From an uncultured virus (IMG/VR IMGVR_UViG_3300031669_000004) (taxonomy: Duplodnaviria; Heunggongvirae; Uroviricota; Caudoviricetes), in IMG/VR virus record IMGVR_UViG_3300031669_000004: DNA of 56,896 nt; one strand, written 5' to 3'. Below, in pieces: positions 27,274 through 36,197 of this stretch. The notes under the pieces were generated by a model. The model was not told the DNA's origin. It was given only the letters and a program-made list of their open reading frames with translations, and searched no databases. A program made the translations under genes and the position numbers. Within the stretch, counting starts at the first letter, position 1, and each line of letters begins with the position of its first letter.

Positions 27274-27692
27274 AGACTATAACGTGGAAGAAGACATCAT
27301 TGTTCTATCGTTTGGCAACAGTGTATGGGCCAATGTGGTCACATCTTCCTTGTGGGGACTTGTGTTTTTATACCAGGGCTGTGGCTATGGGAGTGTTAGG
27401 TGTGCTGTCCAGAATAGCACTCTTTAGTTTTGCCGTAGTAATAACCTTGGGTGGGTTAATACCATGGGTAGCGTTCATGTTAATGCATGGGTTGGTAGAG
27501 ATCGGCCCGTTAGCCACCGTTAACGCAATATTGGATGGTGTATTTTCCATACTCGCACTTATGATATACGGGGGTTATCTTATGAACCAACATGGCTTAA
27601 ACGTCGAAATAAAACCACCTAGTTTCGTCAAGGAAGCTTATCGAAGTTTCAAAGATAAGACTTGCGTACGAGTTGAGTTCACTAACGACTAA
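27270..27692 (+). CDS. Hypothetical membrane protein
   Basis: GGAGG RBS, ATGA overlap, TM segments. Confidence 0.7.
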   Translation: MKTITWKKTSLFYRLATVYGPMWSHLPCGDLCFYTRAVAMGVLGVLSRIALFSFAVVITLGGLIPWVAFMLMHGLVEIGPLATVNAILDGVFSILALMIYGGYLMNQHGLNVEIKPPSFVKEAYRSFKDKTCVRVEFTND

Positions 27693-27743
27693 CAATAAAG
27701 AACGAGGATCAAACCTCGTTTTTTTAGATAATTCCCAAATCCT

Positions 27744-27752
27744 TGGTATAAG
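27744..27752 (+). promoter_or_regulatory. Phage promoter motif TGGTATAAG
   Basis: Exact copy after terminator at 27701-27725. Confidence 0.7.
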
Positions 27753-27998
27753 AAAATTGAGAGAAATCTTAACGTCTTTTTATAGTATTTTGAACAACCG
27801 TCCGAGTATACAGGGTTAGTATTCAGTTAGAAGTCTCCCCTTTCTTTTAGTCTGATACTCTAATGTGAAACCACGGAAGTAGCTGGTGCCTTAAGTACAA
27901 GTCGTGGGACCTAAGCTCCTGCGCACCAAATACAACTTGTAAGATATGCTAGGATATCTTATTAGTTTTTTTAACCCTAGAAAACAAAGGAGTAACAA

Positions 27999-28415
27999 AT
28001 GAAGTTAGTTAATACCCAAGTACTGGTTAGTCTGGCCAATGTTGATCTGACAGCACAAGCTGCAGCTTACGGCGCAACAATGCCTACTGACATCCGTGAT
28101 GAATACAATCGTCAAATCAACGAGCGTAACACGGAAGTAAAGAAAGCCGCTGTAGCAGAGATCATCAACCTGATCGACAACAAAGATGAATTCATCGTGT
28201 CGAACCAGGTTCAGATCAATGCACTGCAAGCACAAATCGACAACCTGAAAGCACTTCAGGTCAAGGTTCAACGTGCTGGCGACTTCGGCATGTCCACCCG
28301 TAACTACTTGCCGCTGCTGAAAATCATCGGCGCTGTACCCGCTGGTACGGATAAAGCATTGACCACAGTTCCGGAAGACTTTGTCGCTCCGACTGCGGCT
28401 GCGACTGCTGCCTAA
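27999..28415 (+). CDS. Hypothetical coiled-coil protein, probably highly expressed
   Basis: AAGGAG RBS, biased codons (CTG, ATC, AAC), own promoter and terminator. Confidence 0.8.
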   Translation: MKLVNTQVLVSLANVDLTAQAAAYGATMPTDIRDEYNRQINERNTEVKKAAVAEIINLIDNKDEFIVSNQVQINALQAQIDNLKALQVKVQRAGDFGMSTRNYLPLLKIIGAVPAGTDKALTTVPEDFVAPTAAATAA

Positions 28416-28435
28416 GTAATTAGGTGATGTATGAG

Positions 28436-28466
28436 AAAAACCCAGATTCGTTTCTGGGTTTTTTTT
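28436..28466 (+). terminator. Intrinsic terminator
   Basis: AAAAACCCAGA-loop-TCTGGGTTTTTTTT. Confidence 0.75.
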
Positions 28467-28489
28467 AGCCAAATAAATGAGCCACTTTC

Positions 28490-28498
28490 TGGTATAAG
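28490..28498 (+). promoter_or_regulatory. Phage promoter motif TGGTATAAG
   Basis: Exact copy. Confidence 0.7.
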
Positions 28499-28592
28499 AA
28501 TGTGTAGGAAAATTTAAGGTTAATCAGGTTGTATTCCACTTGAAAACCATGGAAGTATTTGTTTATTCTGAATTCACTTAAGGAGATAAGAA

Positions 28593-28880
28593 ATGAACGA
28601 TGTTAAAGTTTTAAAAGGTAACCGTATGTATGCCAACTTTGAACATTCCAACGGGAGGGAATTCAAAGGTGAATTGGAGGGTTGTGGAGAGGCCCTACGC
28701 ATATTCGATGTTTCTACAGGTGAGAAAATTACCGAACTTCCCACTGATAACGAAAGCCACATTACACAGCCTGATCTCGACTTGGCCTGCTCTGTATTGT
28801 CGTCAATAGTCAAGACAGAAGAAGTACTTGCTAAGGCTGCTAAGCCAGCGGTGGAATTGGCTGTAACCGAACCGGCGTAA
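28593..28880 (+). CDS. Hypothetical protein
   Basis: TAAGGAG RBS. Confidence 0.7.
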   Translation: MNDVKVLKGNRMYANFEHSNGREFKGELEGCGEALRIFDVSTGEKITELPTDNESHITQPDLDLACSVLSSIVKTEEVLAKAAKPAVELAVTEPA

Positions 28881-28893
28881 TCTAGGAGAGAAA

Positions 28894-29130
28894 ATGATAT
28901 TTTTTGGGCTGTTGGATTTCATAATAGCGTTTTGCGTTATTATGATTTTTGGTACTCAGGTAATAGTACCAGCGATAAAGAATACCGCCATGTTTCCGTT
29001 CTTTAGGAAGCAGGGTAAGTTGGAAGCAGAGGAAATTTCTCTGAATCAAAAAGACGTTGAACAGAAGTTGGAATACAAACTTGAACAACGAAAGCAGTCT
29101 AATTTAAAAGAAGGGGAACACAATGTTTAA
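28894..29130 (+). CDS. Small membrane protein upstream of SPFH gene
   Basis: AGGAG RBS, N-terminal TM. Confidence 0.7.
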   Translation: MIFFGLLDFIIAFCVIMIFGTQVIVPAIKNTAMFPFFRKQGKLEAEEISLNQKDVEQKLEYKLEQRKQSNLKEGEHNV

Positions 29131-30352
29131 AGCTACGCCACGATTGATCATCGGTCTTGTAGTTATGCTGGTAGTACTTATCAGTATTCCATTTATGGTC
29201 ACCACCCTGGATTCTCACCATATCATGGTGGTCCAAACCATTACCGGTAAACTGGACGTCTACACGAATCCAGGTCCGAAGTGGATTGGTTTGGGATCGG
29301 CCACGAAGTACACACGTCAGGCTCAGTACAGTTTCTGTAGTGTTATTGATCCAAAGACAGGTGAGGAAACCAAATGTCCAGGAGCAACCTCTCTTGGTAA
29401 ACGTGTGCGATTCTCTGAAGGTGGCCATGGTATCCTTAATGGTGCCGTCAGTTGGCAAATGCCTTTGGATACTCCGAGTATACTTAGGATACAGAAACAA
29501 TTTGGTAGTGAGGCGGCAGTTGAAGATATGGCGGTCGGTAAAACTCTTGATTCTTCGATATACTTCTCTGGCCCGATGATGAGCTCTACAGAATCCTCTG
29601 GTACACGTCGTGGCGAATTGATCCAGTACATTGACGATCAAGCCGAGCACGGTATCTACCAAACTCAGGCTAATGAGATGGTAGTTAAGGACCCAACTGG
29701 TGGAAATCAAACAGTTTCCGTTACTACGATTTTGAGAGATGCCAAAGGCATGCCTTTGCGTCAGCAGCCTTCGTTATTGCAGGACTTCAACATTACCCTG
29801 CTTCCCCTTTCTATCAATGAATTGAAATACGATAGGATCGTGGAAAGACAGATCGCTGCTCGTCAAGAGTCAACTACTCAAGTTCAGATTGCTATAGCAA
29901 CCTCGTTGAAGGCAGAGCAGCAAGCCAAGACGGCGGAAGCTGAAGGTAAAGCTGCTGCAGCTCAGGCAAAATGGGCACAGGAAGTCATCAAAGCAACGGT
30001 GGTTACTAAAGCTCAGCAGGATCTTGAAGTGGCACAGTTGGCAGCACAAACTGCCCAGCAGTATAAGTTGCAACAGACCCTTATCGGGGAAGGTGATGCG
30101 GCAAAGATGAAACTGGAGATGGCAGCTAACGGCGCTCTTAATCAGAAACTGGCGGCGTATGTTACTGTTAACGAGGCGTACGCTAAGGCAATTGCCCAAG
30201 CACGTCCCGGAGCATGGGTACCGCTTACATCTATGGGTAACTCCCAGGCAAATGGTAGTAGCGCATCTACGCTGGTTGATCTGTTGACGGCTCGTACAGC
30301 TAAACAACTGAGTCTCGATACCTCTATCGAAAGTAGTCCAAGCAAGCAGTAA
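29123..30352 (+). CDS. SPFH/band-7-like membrane protein
   Basis: N-terminal TM, PG motif, Ala/Glu/Gln-rich coiled coil (AEAEGKA), 409 aa. Confidence 0.7.
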   Translation: MFKATPRLIIGLVVMLVVLISIPFMVTTLDSHHIMVVQTITGKLDVYTNPGPKWIGLGSATKYTRQAQYSFCSVIDPKTGEETKCPGATSLGKRVRFSEGGHGILNGAVSWQMPLDTPSILRIQKQFGSEAAVEDMAVGKTLDSSIYFSGPMMSSTESSGTRRGELIQYIDDQAEHGIYQTQANEMVVKDPTGGNQTVSVTTILRDAKGMPLRQQPSLLQDFNITLLPLSINELKYDRIVERQIAARQESTTQVQIAIATSLKAEQQAKTAEAEGKAAAAQAKWAQEVIKATVVTKAQQDLEVAQLAAQTAQQYKLQQTLIGEGDAAKMKLEMAANGALNQKLAAYVTVNEAYAKAIAQARPGAWVPLTSMGNSQANGSSASTLVDLLTARTAKQLSLDTSIESSPSKQ

Positions 30353-30406
30353 GTAATGAAAGAGCCGAGAAATTCCCGGCTCTTTTTTCATCTTAAAGGA
30401 GAAGTC

Positions 30407-30721
30407 ATGAGTAAGGTTCACGTAAAGATTTTGAAGGCTGCCAGAAAGAAGATACAAACTAGGAGCACAATGTACCTCTGCTATGCAGTTGCTATGGCAT
30501 CTGAAAATGAGAATTTACAAGAGGCCGGTCACGAGATAATCAATCAGATACGTAACGACTTACAAATACCTGGGTGCCTATGGACAGTAAATTCTCTAGA
30601 AGAATGGCTACATGTAAAGAGAGTCGTACCGTTGCCTATTCTACCTTCCACTGGTAAGATGCGGAGAACCCGTATGCGTTGGGCCAAGGACTTAATCAAA
30701 TATTGGAGGCATCAGCCGTGA
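30407..30721 (+). CDS. Hypothetical protein
   Basis: AAGGAG RBS before ATG 30407. Confidence 0.65.
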   Translation: MSKVHVKILKAARKKIQTRSTMYLCYAVAMASENENLQEAGHEIINQIRNDLQIPGCLWTVNSLEEWLHVKRVVPLPILPSTGKMRRTRMRWAKDLIKYWRHQP

Positions 30722-31578
30722 GCACTACGAAAGAGTTACAAGTGCAGGATTTCCCTAAGAAGTTTCCATGTGGGGAGATTCATGTAAAAATAGCCGATCA
30801 TATTCATACCTTAGTGGATATTAATGGTATTCTATGGATAGAAAAGCGTATAAGGTCCAGTGATGACATCATGGAGATATGTATGCTTGTAGATGCGATA
30901 CGCCGTTATTACGGGTATACCCCTGCTCCCAATATAGGTCTCAGAATACCCTATGTTCCTTATTCTCGTCAGGATCGTGTCATGGTTCCAGGGGAGAGTT
31001 TATCGATAAAGGTATTTGCTGATTTGATCAATTCTTTGAAATTTGACGAAGTTGTTATCTGGGATCCACATAGTGATGTTACCCCGGCTCTGATCAATAA
31101 CTGCAAGGTAATACCACAGGAGGATTTGCTCATGGCGACCTTTGCTGGTAGGACTCAAACCAACTTATCCGAGTACGTCCTCATCTCTCCTGATGCTGGT
31201 GCGAGAAAGAAAATCCTCAAGGTTGCTGAAAGGGCAGGTATTAAGCAGATAATCTACGCAGATAAGGTACGGGACGTTTCGACGGGTAAGATACGCGGGA
31301 CTACCATAGACTACGGCCAGTTCAAATTTGAGCAAGATACCAAGTTTCTTGTCGTAGATGACTTAATTGAGTACGGAACGACGTTTACCGAAATAGCTAA
31401 AGCTTTGTCCCGTTCCATGATTGGACTACGTTACACTATTGACCTACATATAACTCATGGCTTCTTCCCGGGAGGTCTGGACCTATTAAAGACATATTTC
31501 GATAATATTTCCTGTGCTAATCTTATGAATGCCACTTTAAGGGATGACATTAGGTTGACACATTACACCTCTGTGTAA
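30718..31578 (+). CDS. PRPP-synthetase-like protein (likely NARP1 Adps, ADPR-PP synthase)
   Basis: FPCGEIHV, PYVPYSRQDR, DPHS, ISPDAGA, VVDDLIEYGTT, ITHG; GGAGG before GTG. Confidence 0.88.
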   Translation: MSTTKELQVQDFPKKFPCGEIHVKIADHIHTLVDINGILWIEKRIRSSDDIMEICMLVDAIRRYYGYTPAPNIGLRIPYVPYSRQDRVMVPGESLSIKVFADLINSLKFDEVVIWDPHSDVTPALINNCKVIPQEDLLMATFAGRTQTNLSEYVLISPDAGARKKILKVAERAGIKQIIYADKVRDVSTGKIRGTTIDYGQFKFEQDTKFLVVDDLIEYGTTFTEIAKALSRSMIGLRYTIDLHITHGFFPGGLDLLKTYFDNISCANLMNATLRDDIRLTHYTSV

Positions 31579-31584
31579 TATAAT
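31555..31584 (+). promoter_or_regulatory. Consensus sigma70 promoter TTGACA-N18-TATAAT for HNH gene
   Basis: TTGACA 31555-31560, TATAAT 31579-31584. Confidence 0.7.
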
Positions 31585-31607
31585 TGCCCTTTACTAAGGA
31601 GCAATAG

Positions 31608-32171
31608 ATGGTCGAAGAATGGAAAGGTGCGCTAGGATATGAGTCTACCATATTAGTAAGTAATATGGGGAGGATTAAATCAGTAAGAAGGATAATATCC
31701 TTCTCGGATAATAAACCGCCGAGAATAATTGAGGGTAGGATTCTTAAGACCCAAACTAATAACCGTGGGTATCAAACTCTTAGATTCACACATGAAGGAC
31801 GCAAAATATCTAAGAGGGTACACAGACTAGTAGCAGAAACTTTTATACCTAATTTGGAGAATAAACCCCAAGTTAACCATAAAGACGGTGTTAAGGCAAA
31901 TAATTTTGTGGGTAATCTTGAATGGGCGACTAATGCAGAAAATCAACTTCATGCTGTAGCTAATGGATTAGTGACCCGCCCCTTAGGCGAAAATGCGTAT
32001 AGGTTTAAATCACTAATAAAAGTATTTGACAAAGGAGGCAATCACATAGATACACTAACTGGTAATAAAGATATGCAAATTAAGGGATATGACTTTAGGT
32101 TAGTATCCGCCTGTTTATTAGGTAAAAGACACTCCCATCGCAACTGTACATTTTATAGAGAGATAACATGA
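31608..32171 (+). mobile_element. NUMOD4-HNH free-standing homing endonuclease
   Basis: EEWK...GYE....VSNMGRIKS (NUMOD4); VHRLVAETF...QVNHKDG.K.NN...NLEW. Confidence 0.92.
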
Positions 32172-33955
32172 AACTCGTCGTATCAGTACTGGCCGACTTC
32201 TATAAGACCGGCCACATCTTCCAATACCCAAAAGGAACTTCCCTGGTCTACACAAACAACTGCCCTCGTGGTGGGCAACATTTCCCAATCAAGGGGATCG
32301 ATAAGATCCTCTTCTTCGGCCTGCAAGGCATCATCCAGTGGCTTATCATCGACACTTGGAATGAGGAATTCTTCCAACGCCCAGTTGACGAGGTTGTTGA
32401 CGAGTACAAAGCAATCATGGACAAGGCCCTTGGACCAGATGCCGTGACAGTACACCACATCCGTGCATTACACAAACTGGGGTACTTACCCTTGCATATC
32501 AAGGCGTTGAAAGAAGGATCGCTTGTTCCATTCCGCGTCCCTACCTTTACCATTCGTAATACCGTACCAGAGTTCTTCTGGCTGGTAAATTACTTCGAGG
32601 ACATGCTCTCTTGTGAATCCTGGCCTGTAATGACAGTAGCTACTTTGGCATATTACTTCCGTGTAATGCTGGAAGAGTTTGCTGACAGAACTGGTGGGGA
32701 TAAGGCCTTCATTGATTGGCAGGCACATTGCTTTGCCTTCCGTGGTATGCGTGGTATTCACGATGCAACCCAGTCATTATCGGGGCACATGCTTTGCTCA
32801 TTGGGCACGGATACAATCCCCGTCATTCCTTACTTGGAAGAGTACTATTCAGGCGGGGAGACTTTCATTGGGGGTAGTGTACCTGCTACGGAGCATAGTG
32901 TTATGTGTATGCTCATAGCCCAAGCCATGGACAAGATGTTGAAAGATGGTACTGCCCCTGCTACGTATGATGAGCAATGGCGTGAGGCCGAACGTAAGGT
33001 ATTCAAGTACCTTATCACTGAGGTCTACCCTTCAGGTATCGTTTCTATAGTTTCGGATACGAAGAACCTGTGGGATGTGTTAACCAACATCGCCCTTTCT
33101 TTGAAAGAGGAGATCCTGGCAAGGGAGGTGAACGCATTAGGTATGGCCAAGGTTGTATTCCGTCCAGACTCCGGTAATCCAGCAGATATTATCTGTGGTA
33201 GTACACAGGTTTATGATTTAACTGATCCAGGTACTACTTTGGATGATGCAAAAGAATGGGCAAGAGAGATATTGGTTGAAGGGATAGCAGAAGCAACACC
33301 TCATGGTGAAATAGGTGATGGTAAGGGGGTAGGATATTTCAACTTCGAAGGTAAGACCTATAAAGGAATTGTATCTATTGAGTGGGATCGTCATGATAAA
33401 CAATTCTACTATGTATCTGATTCAAAAATGAAATCCTTTGAAGAGATTACTTTATCCCCATCGGAAAAAGGCGCACTGGAATGCCTCTGGGATGCCTTCG
33501 GTGGTACTATTAATGATAAAGGCTTTAGGGTTCTTAATGAGAGAGTTGGCCTTATCTATGGTGATTCAATTACCCCGGATCGTGCTGAAGATATCCTTAC
33601 TCGTTTGGAGGATAAAGGCTTTGCTTCGACTAATGTAGTCTTTGGTCGTGGTAGTTATGGCTCTGTGTACAATACTCGTGATAGCACAGGTTCAGCCATG
33701 AAAGCAACATATGGCGAAATCGATGGAGAACCATATGAGTTGTTCAAGGATCCAATAACTGATTCTGGCACCAAGAAGTCTCAAAAGGGCCTTCTCCGCG
33801 TCGAGGAAGAAAATGGTACCTTCGTATTGTACGATCAGCAAACGTGGGAGCAAGAGGCCTTAGGAGCTCTGCAAACGGTATTCCTGGATGGTAAGTTAGT
33901 CCGGAAAGAAAGTCTCGCTGAAATTCGTCGTCGTGTAGGTTTTATCAACATGTAA
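32168..33955 (+). CDS. Nicotinamide phosphoribosyltransferase-like protein (likely NARP1 Namat)
   Basis: DFYKTGH, SVPATEHSVM, SIVSDT, RPDSG, GLIYGDSIT, KDPITDSG.KKS. Confidence 0.92.
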   Translation: MKLVVSVLADFYKTGHIFQYPKGTSLVYTNNCPRGGQHFPIKGIDKILFFGLQGIIQWLIIDTWNEEFFQRPVDEVVDEYKAIMDKALGPDAVTVHHIRALHKLGYLPLHIKALKEGSLVPFRVPTFTIRNTVPEFFWLVNYFEDMLSCESWPVMTVATLAYYFRVMLEEFADRTGGDKAFIDWQAHCFAFRGMRGIHDATQSLSGHMLCSLGTDTIPVIPYLEEYYSGGETFIGGSVPATEHSVMCMLIAQAMDKMLKDGTAPATYDEQWREAERKVFKYLITEVYPSGIVSIVSDTKNLWDVLTNIALSLKEEILAREVNALGMAKVVFRPDSGNPADIICGSTQVYDLTDPGTTLDDAKEWAREILVEGIAEATPHGEIGDGKGVGYFNFEGKTYKGIVSIEWDRHDKQFYYVSDSKMKSFEEITLSPSEKGALECLWDAFGGTINDKGFRVLNERVGLIYGDSITPDRAEDILTRLEDKGFASTNVVFGRGSYGSVYNTRDSTGSAMKATYGEIDGEPYELFKDPITDSGTKKSQKGLLRVEEENGTFVLYDQQTWEQEALGALQTVFLDGKLVRKESLAEIRRRVGFINM

Positions 33956-33966
33956 CTTAACAAGGA

Positions 33967-33994
33967 AAACGGGGAGTCAATCCCCGTTTTTTTT
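33967..33994 (+). terminator. Intrinsic terminator
   Basis: AAAACGGGGA-loop-TCCCCGTTTTTTTT. Confidence 0.75.
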
Positions 33995-33997
33995 AAT

Positions 33998-34237
33998 ATG
34001 GAATCTTTGGAATCAAAACCGTCCGGCCAGTATTCAGTTACTACTCAGACACAGGAATATGATGTAGTATCGTCTTTGAGCCTAGGTAATCTAATAAAGG
34101 AAGTAAATGAATGTCTAAGAGAGGGATGGCGTTGTATAGGAGTAATGGTTACGGAAAAAAGCGGTAATGACATTGTATACCTACAAGCATTATCTAGAGA
34201 AGTAAGGTATAAGCAACAGAGTATGGGTCCTAGATAA
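33998..34237 (+). CDS. Hypothetical protein (DUF1737-like)
   Basis: Y.VV....L..L..EVN..L.EGW..IG pattern. Confidence 0.5.
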   Translation: MESLESKPSGQYSVTTQTQEYDVVSSLSLGNLIKEVNECLREGWRCIGVMVTEKSGNDIVYLQALSREVRYKQQSMGPR

Positions 34238-34250
34238 CAGTAACTTAACT

Positions 34251-34259
34251 TGGTATAAG
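34251..34259 (+). promoter_or_regulatory. Phage promoter motif TGGTATAAG driving candidate ncRNA
   Basis: Exact copy. Confidence 0.7.
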
Positions 34260-34265
34260 TATAAT

Positions 34266-34509
34266 ACGGTGTGTAAGGTGTTATCTCATAAGTAACGATG
34301 GCGGTCGGGATGTCATTTACCTATTACCCTTGGCTGGTCAGCCAGATACCCTTTACTCTGAATGCTATAAAACTTATCATTGGCCTACCTTACACACGGT
34401 GCGGTGCTTTGGTGATAAGTGGAGCTCGTACACTTCTCGACCCGGAAGCTTTTATGGTGTACATTAATTCAGGGATGACTAGAAGCCAAGGGAATATTCT
34501 TGGCTTTTT
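34266..34509 (+). ncRNA. Candidate stand-alone pseudoknotted ncRNA (~240 nt)
   Basis: Own promoter and terminator (AAGCCAAG/CTTGGCTT + T-run); at least 6 compatible helices, two crossing. Confidence 0.65.
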
Positions 34510-34527
34510 ATCTTTCTTATCTTTCTT

Positions 34528-34536
34528 TGGTATAAG
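34528..34536 (+). promoter_or_regulatory. Phage promoter motif TGGTATAAG
   Basis: Exact copy. Confidence 0.7.
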
Positions 34537-34567
34537 AGTTTATGACTAGATATTTAAATAGGAGGAA

Positions 34568-34858
34568 GTGATGACAGATTCTTTTAACTCAGGGGACTGG
34601 GTTCAAGTTGTAAAACCAGAACCATGCTGTGGAAATCAAAAGTATTTAGGCCTCGTTTTTAAGGTAGAACAGGTGGCTGGGCCTAAGCACTTTGGGTTTG
34701 ATCTTCTATATTGTGGTACGTGTATGGCAACCACGTCTAATCCAATAGTATGGAAAAGCACCGTAGGTGATATACTGGGTTTTACCCAGAAACTCTCAAG
34801 AAACTACCACCTCTCATCGAGGAAGAACAGCAGGAAGTACATAAAGAAATTTCATTGA
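34568..34858 (+). CDS. Hypothetical Cys-containing protein
   Basis: AGGAGG RBS. Confidence 0.6.
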   Translation: MMTDSFNSGDWVQVVKPEPCCGNQKYLGLVFKVEQVAGPKHFGFDLLYCGTCMATTSNPIVWKSTVGDILGFTQKLSRNYHLSSRKNSRKYIKKFH

Positions 34859-34877
34859 TTAACTAAAGGAGAATATT

Positions 34878-35309
34878 ATGGCGTTAAGAAAAATAGAGAC
34901 AGGTCTTGAGGTAGATTCAGGAAGCCTTATACTAAGTGGCAATATATCGACAGATATTGACTTAATTTGTAACGACTTACGTAGAAGACTACATGAGCAA
35001 GTTGAAGAGGCTAGAGCTGAAGCCTTACAAGATTGGCCGGATCATACTATGTTCTCCTTTGCCCCTGGCCGTCAGGACTCTGCTTCAGCGTGGTTTAACA
35101 TGATAACTGAGCGTCCTGAAACCACGGAAGAAATAGAGGCAAGATTGGCTAAAGAGAGGAAGGCTGAGATAAGAAAACAGAAAGCTAAACTAGCTGCTAG
35201 AGAGAAAGACTTAAAGACCATTAGGGAATTAGCTATTAAACATAATCTACCACTACAAATTAACCAGGAAGCTTTATCTGGAGCTATACCTGCAGGAGAC
35301 CAAGCATAG
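34878..35309 (+). CDS. Hypothetical protein
   Basis: AAGGAG RBS. Confidence 0.7.
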   Translation: MALRKIETGLEVDSGSLILSGNISTDIDLICNDLRRRLHEQVEEARAEALQDWPDHTMFSFAPGRQDSASAWFNMITERPETTEEIEARLAKERKAEIRKQKAKLAAREKDLKTIRELAIKHNLPLQINQEALSGAIPAGDQA

Positions 35310-35310
35310 T

Positions 35311-36186
35311 ATGAAACCAATGTTAGGAACAACGGCTGATCTAGATAAGTTAGTATACCCCGTATACGGGTCAGTAAAGGGGGATGGCATTAGGGTGAAT
35401 ATCTATGATGGACGTTGCCGTACCAGATCCTTAAAACCTCTTCCAAATATACATACCCGGACACTTTTAGAATCCCATCCGGTTTTGGAAGGGTTAGAAG
35501 CAGAAATAACAACAGTCGAAGATCTGGCAGATCCAGAGTCTTTTAATAAAGCCACCAGTGCATTTATGCGTCATAAAGAAGTCCCTGATTTATTTATGTG
35601 GATATTCGACGTTATCAATGGCGACCCATTCAGTAAAAGGTATGATTATTTATGTGACTTAAAATTGCCATCCTTCGCCAAAATCCTGGAACAAACCCTA
35701 CTTAATAATAGGGAAGAGGTGAACGAATACGTGGAATCCAAAATAGAACTAGGGTATGAAGGGGTCATACTTCGTCATCATGACTCATTGTATAAATTTG
35801 GTAGGGCAACGGTAACCGGGGGCCAACTGCTTAAAGTAAAACCTATGGAAGATGCCGAAGGCGTTCTCATTGGTTTCGAGGAGGGCACTATAAATACCAA
35901 CGAAAAACAAACCAACGAACTTGGTAGAAGCAAAAGATCTAGCTCTAAAGTGGGATTAGTACCAAGCGGACTAGTAGGTACCCTGCTAGTACAACATCCC
36001 CTTTGGGGAGTGGTTAGGGTATCTGGTCTGAAGGATGATCTGGCTACGAATATGTTCCATCATTTTGATGAATATCGCGGGTTATTAGCAACATTTAGAT
36101 ACCAAGCACATGGAACCCTTGACGCCCCAAGAATAGCTAAGTTCAAGGGGTTTAGAAGCCCAGATGATATGACACTACCAGATTAG
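35311..36186 (+). CDS. ATP-dependent DNA ligase (minimal type)
   Basis: KGDGIR motif I, IFDV, GYEGVILR, YKFGR, LLKVKP, OB domain ending PR..KFKGFR. Confidence 0.92.
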   Translation: MKPMLGTTADLDKLVYPVYGSVKGDGIRVNIYDGRCRTRSLKPLPNIHTRTLLESHPVLEGLEAEITTVEDLADPESFNKATSAFMRHKEVPDLFMWIFDVINGDPFSKRYDYLCDLKLPSFAKILEQTLLNNREEVNEYVESKIELGYEGVILRHHDSLYKFGRATVTGGQLLKVKPMEDAEGVLIGFEEGTINTNEKQTNELGRSKRSSSKVGLVPSGLVGTLLVQHPLWGVVRVSGLKDDLATNMFHHFDEYRGLLATFRYQAHGTLDAPRIAKFKGFRSPDDMTLPD

Positions 36187-36197
36187 GAGATAGAATA

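Noticed and set aside
34298..34549. 83-aa ORF from the track
   Set aside because: It has no RBS and runs through a terminator and the next promoter; the region is better explained as structured RNA.
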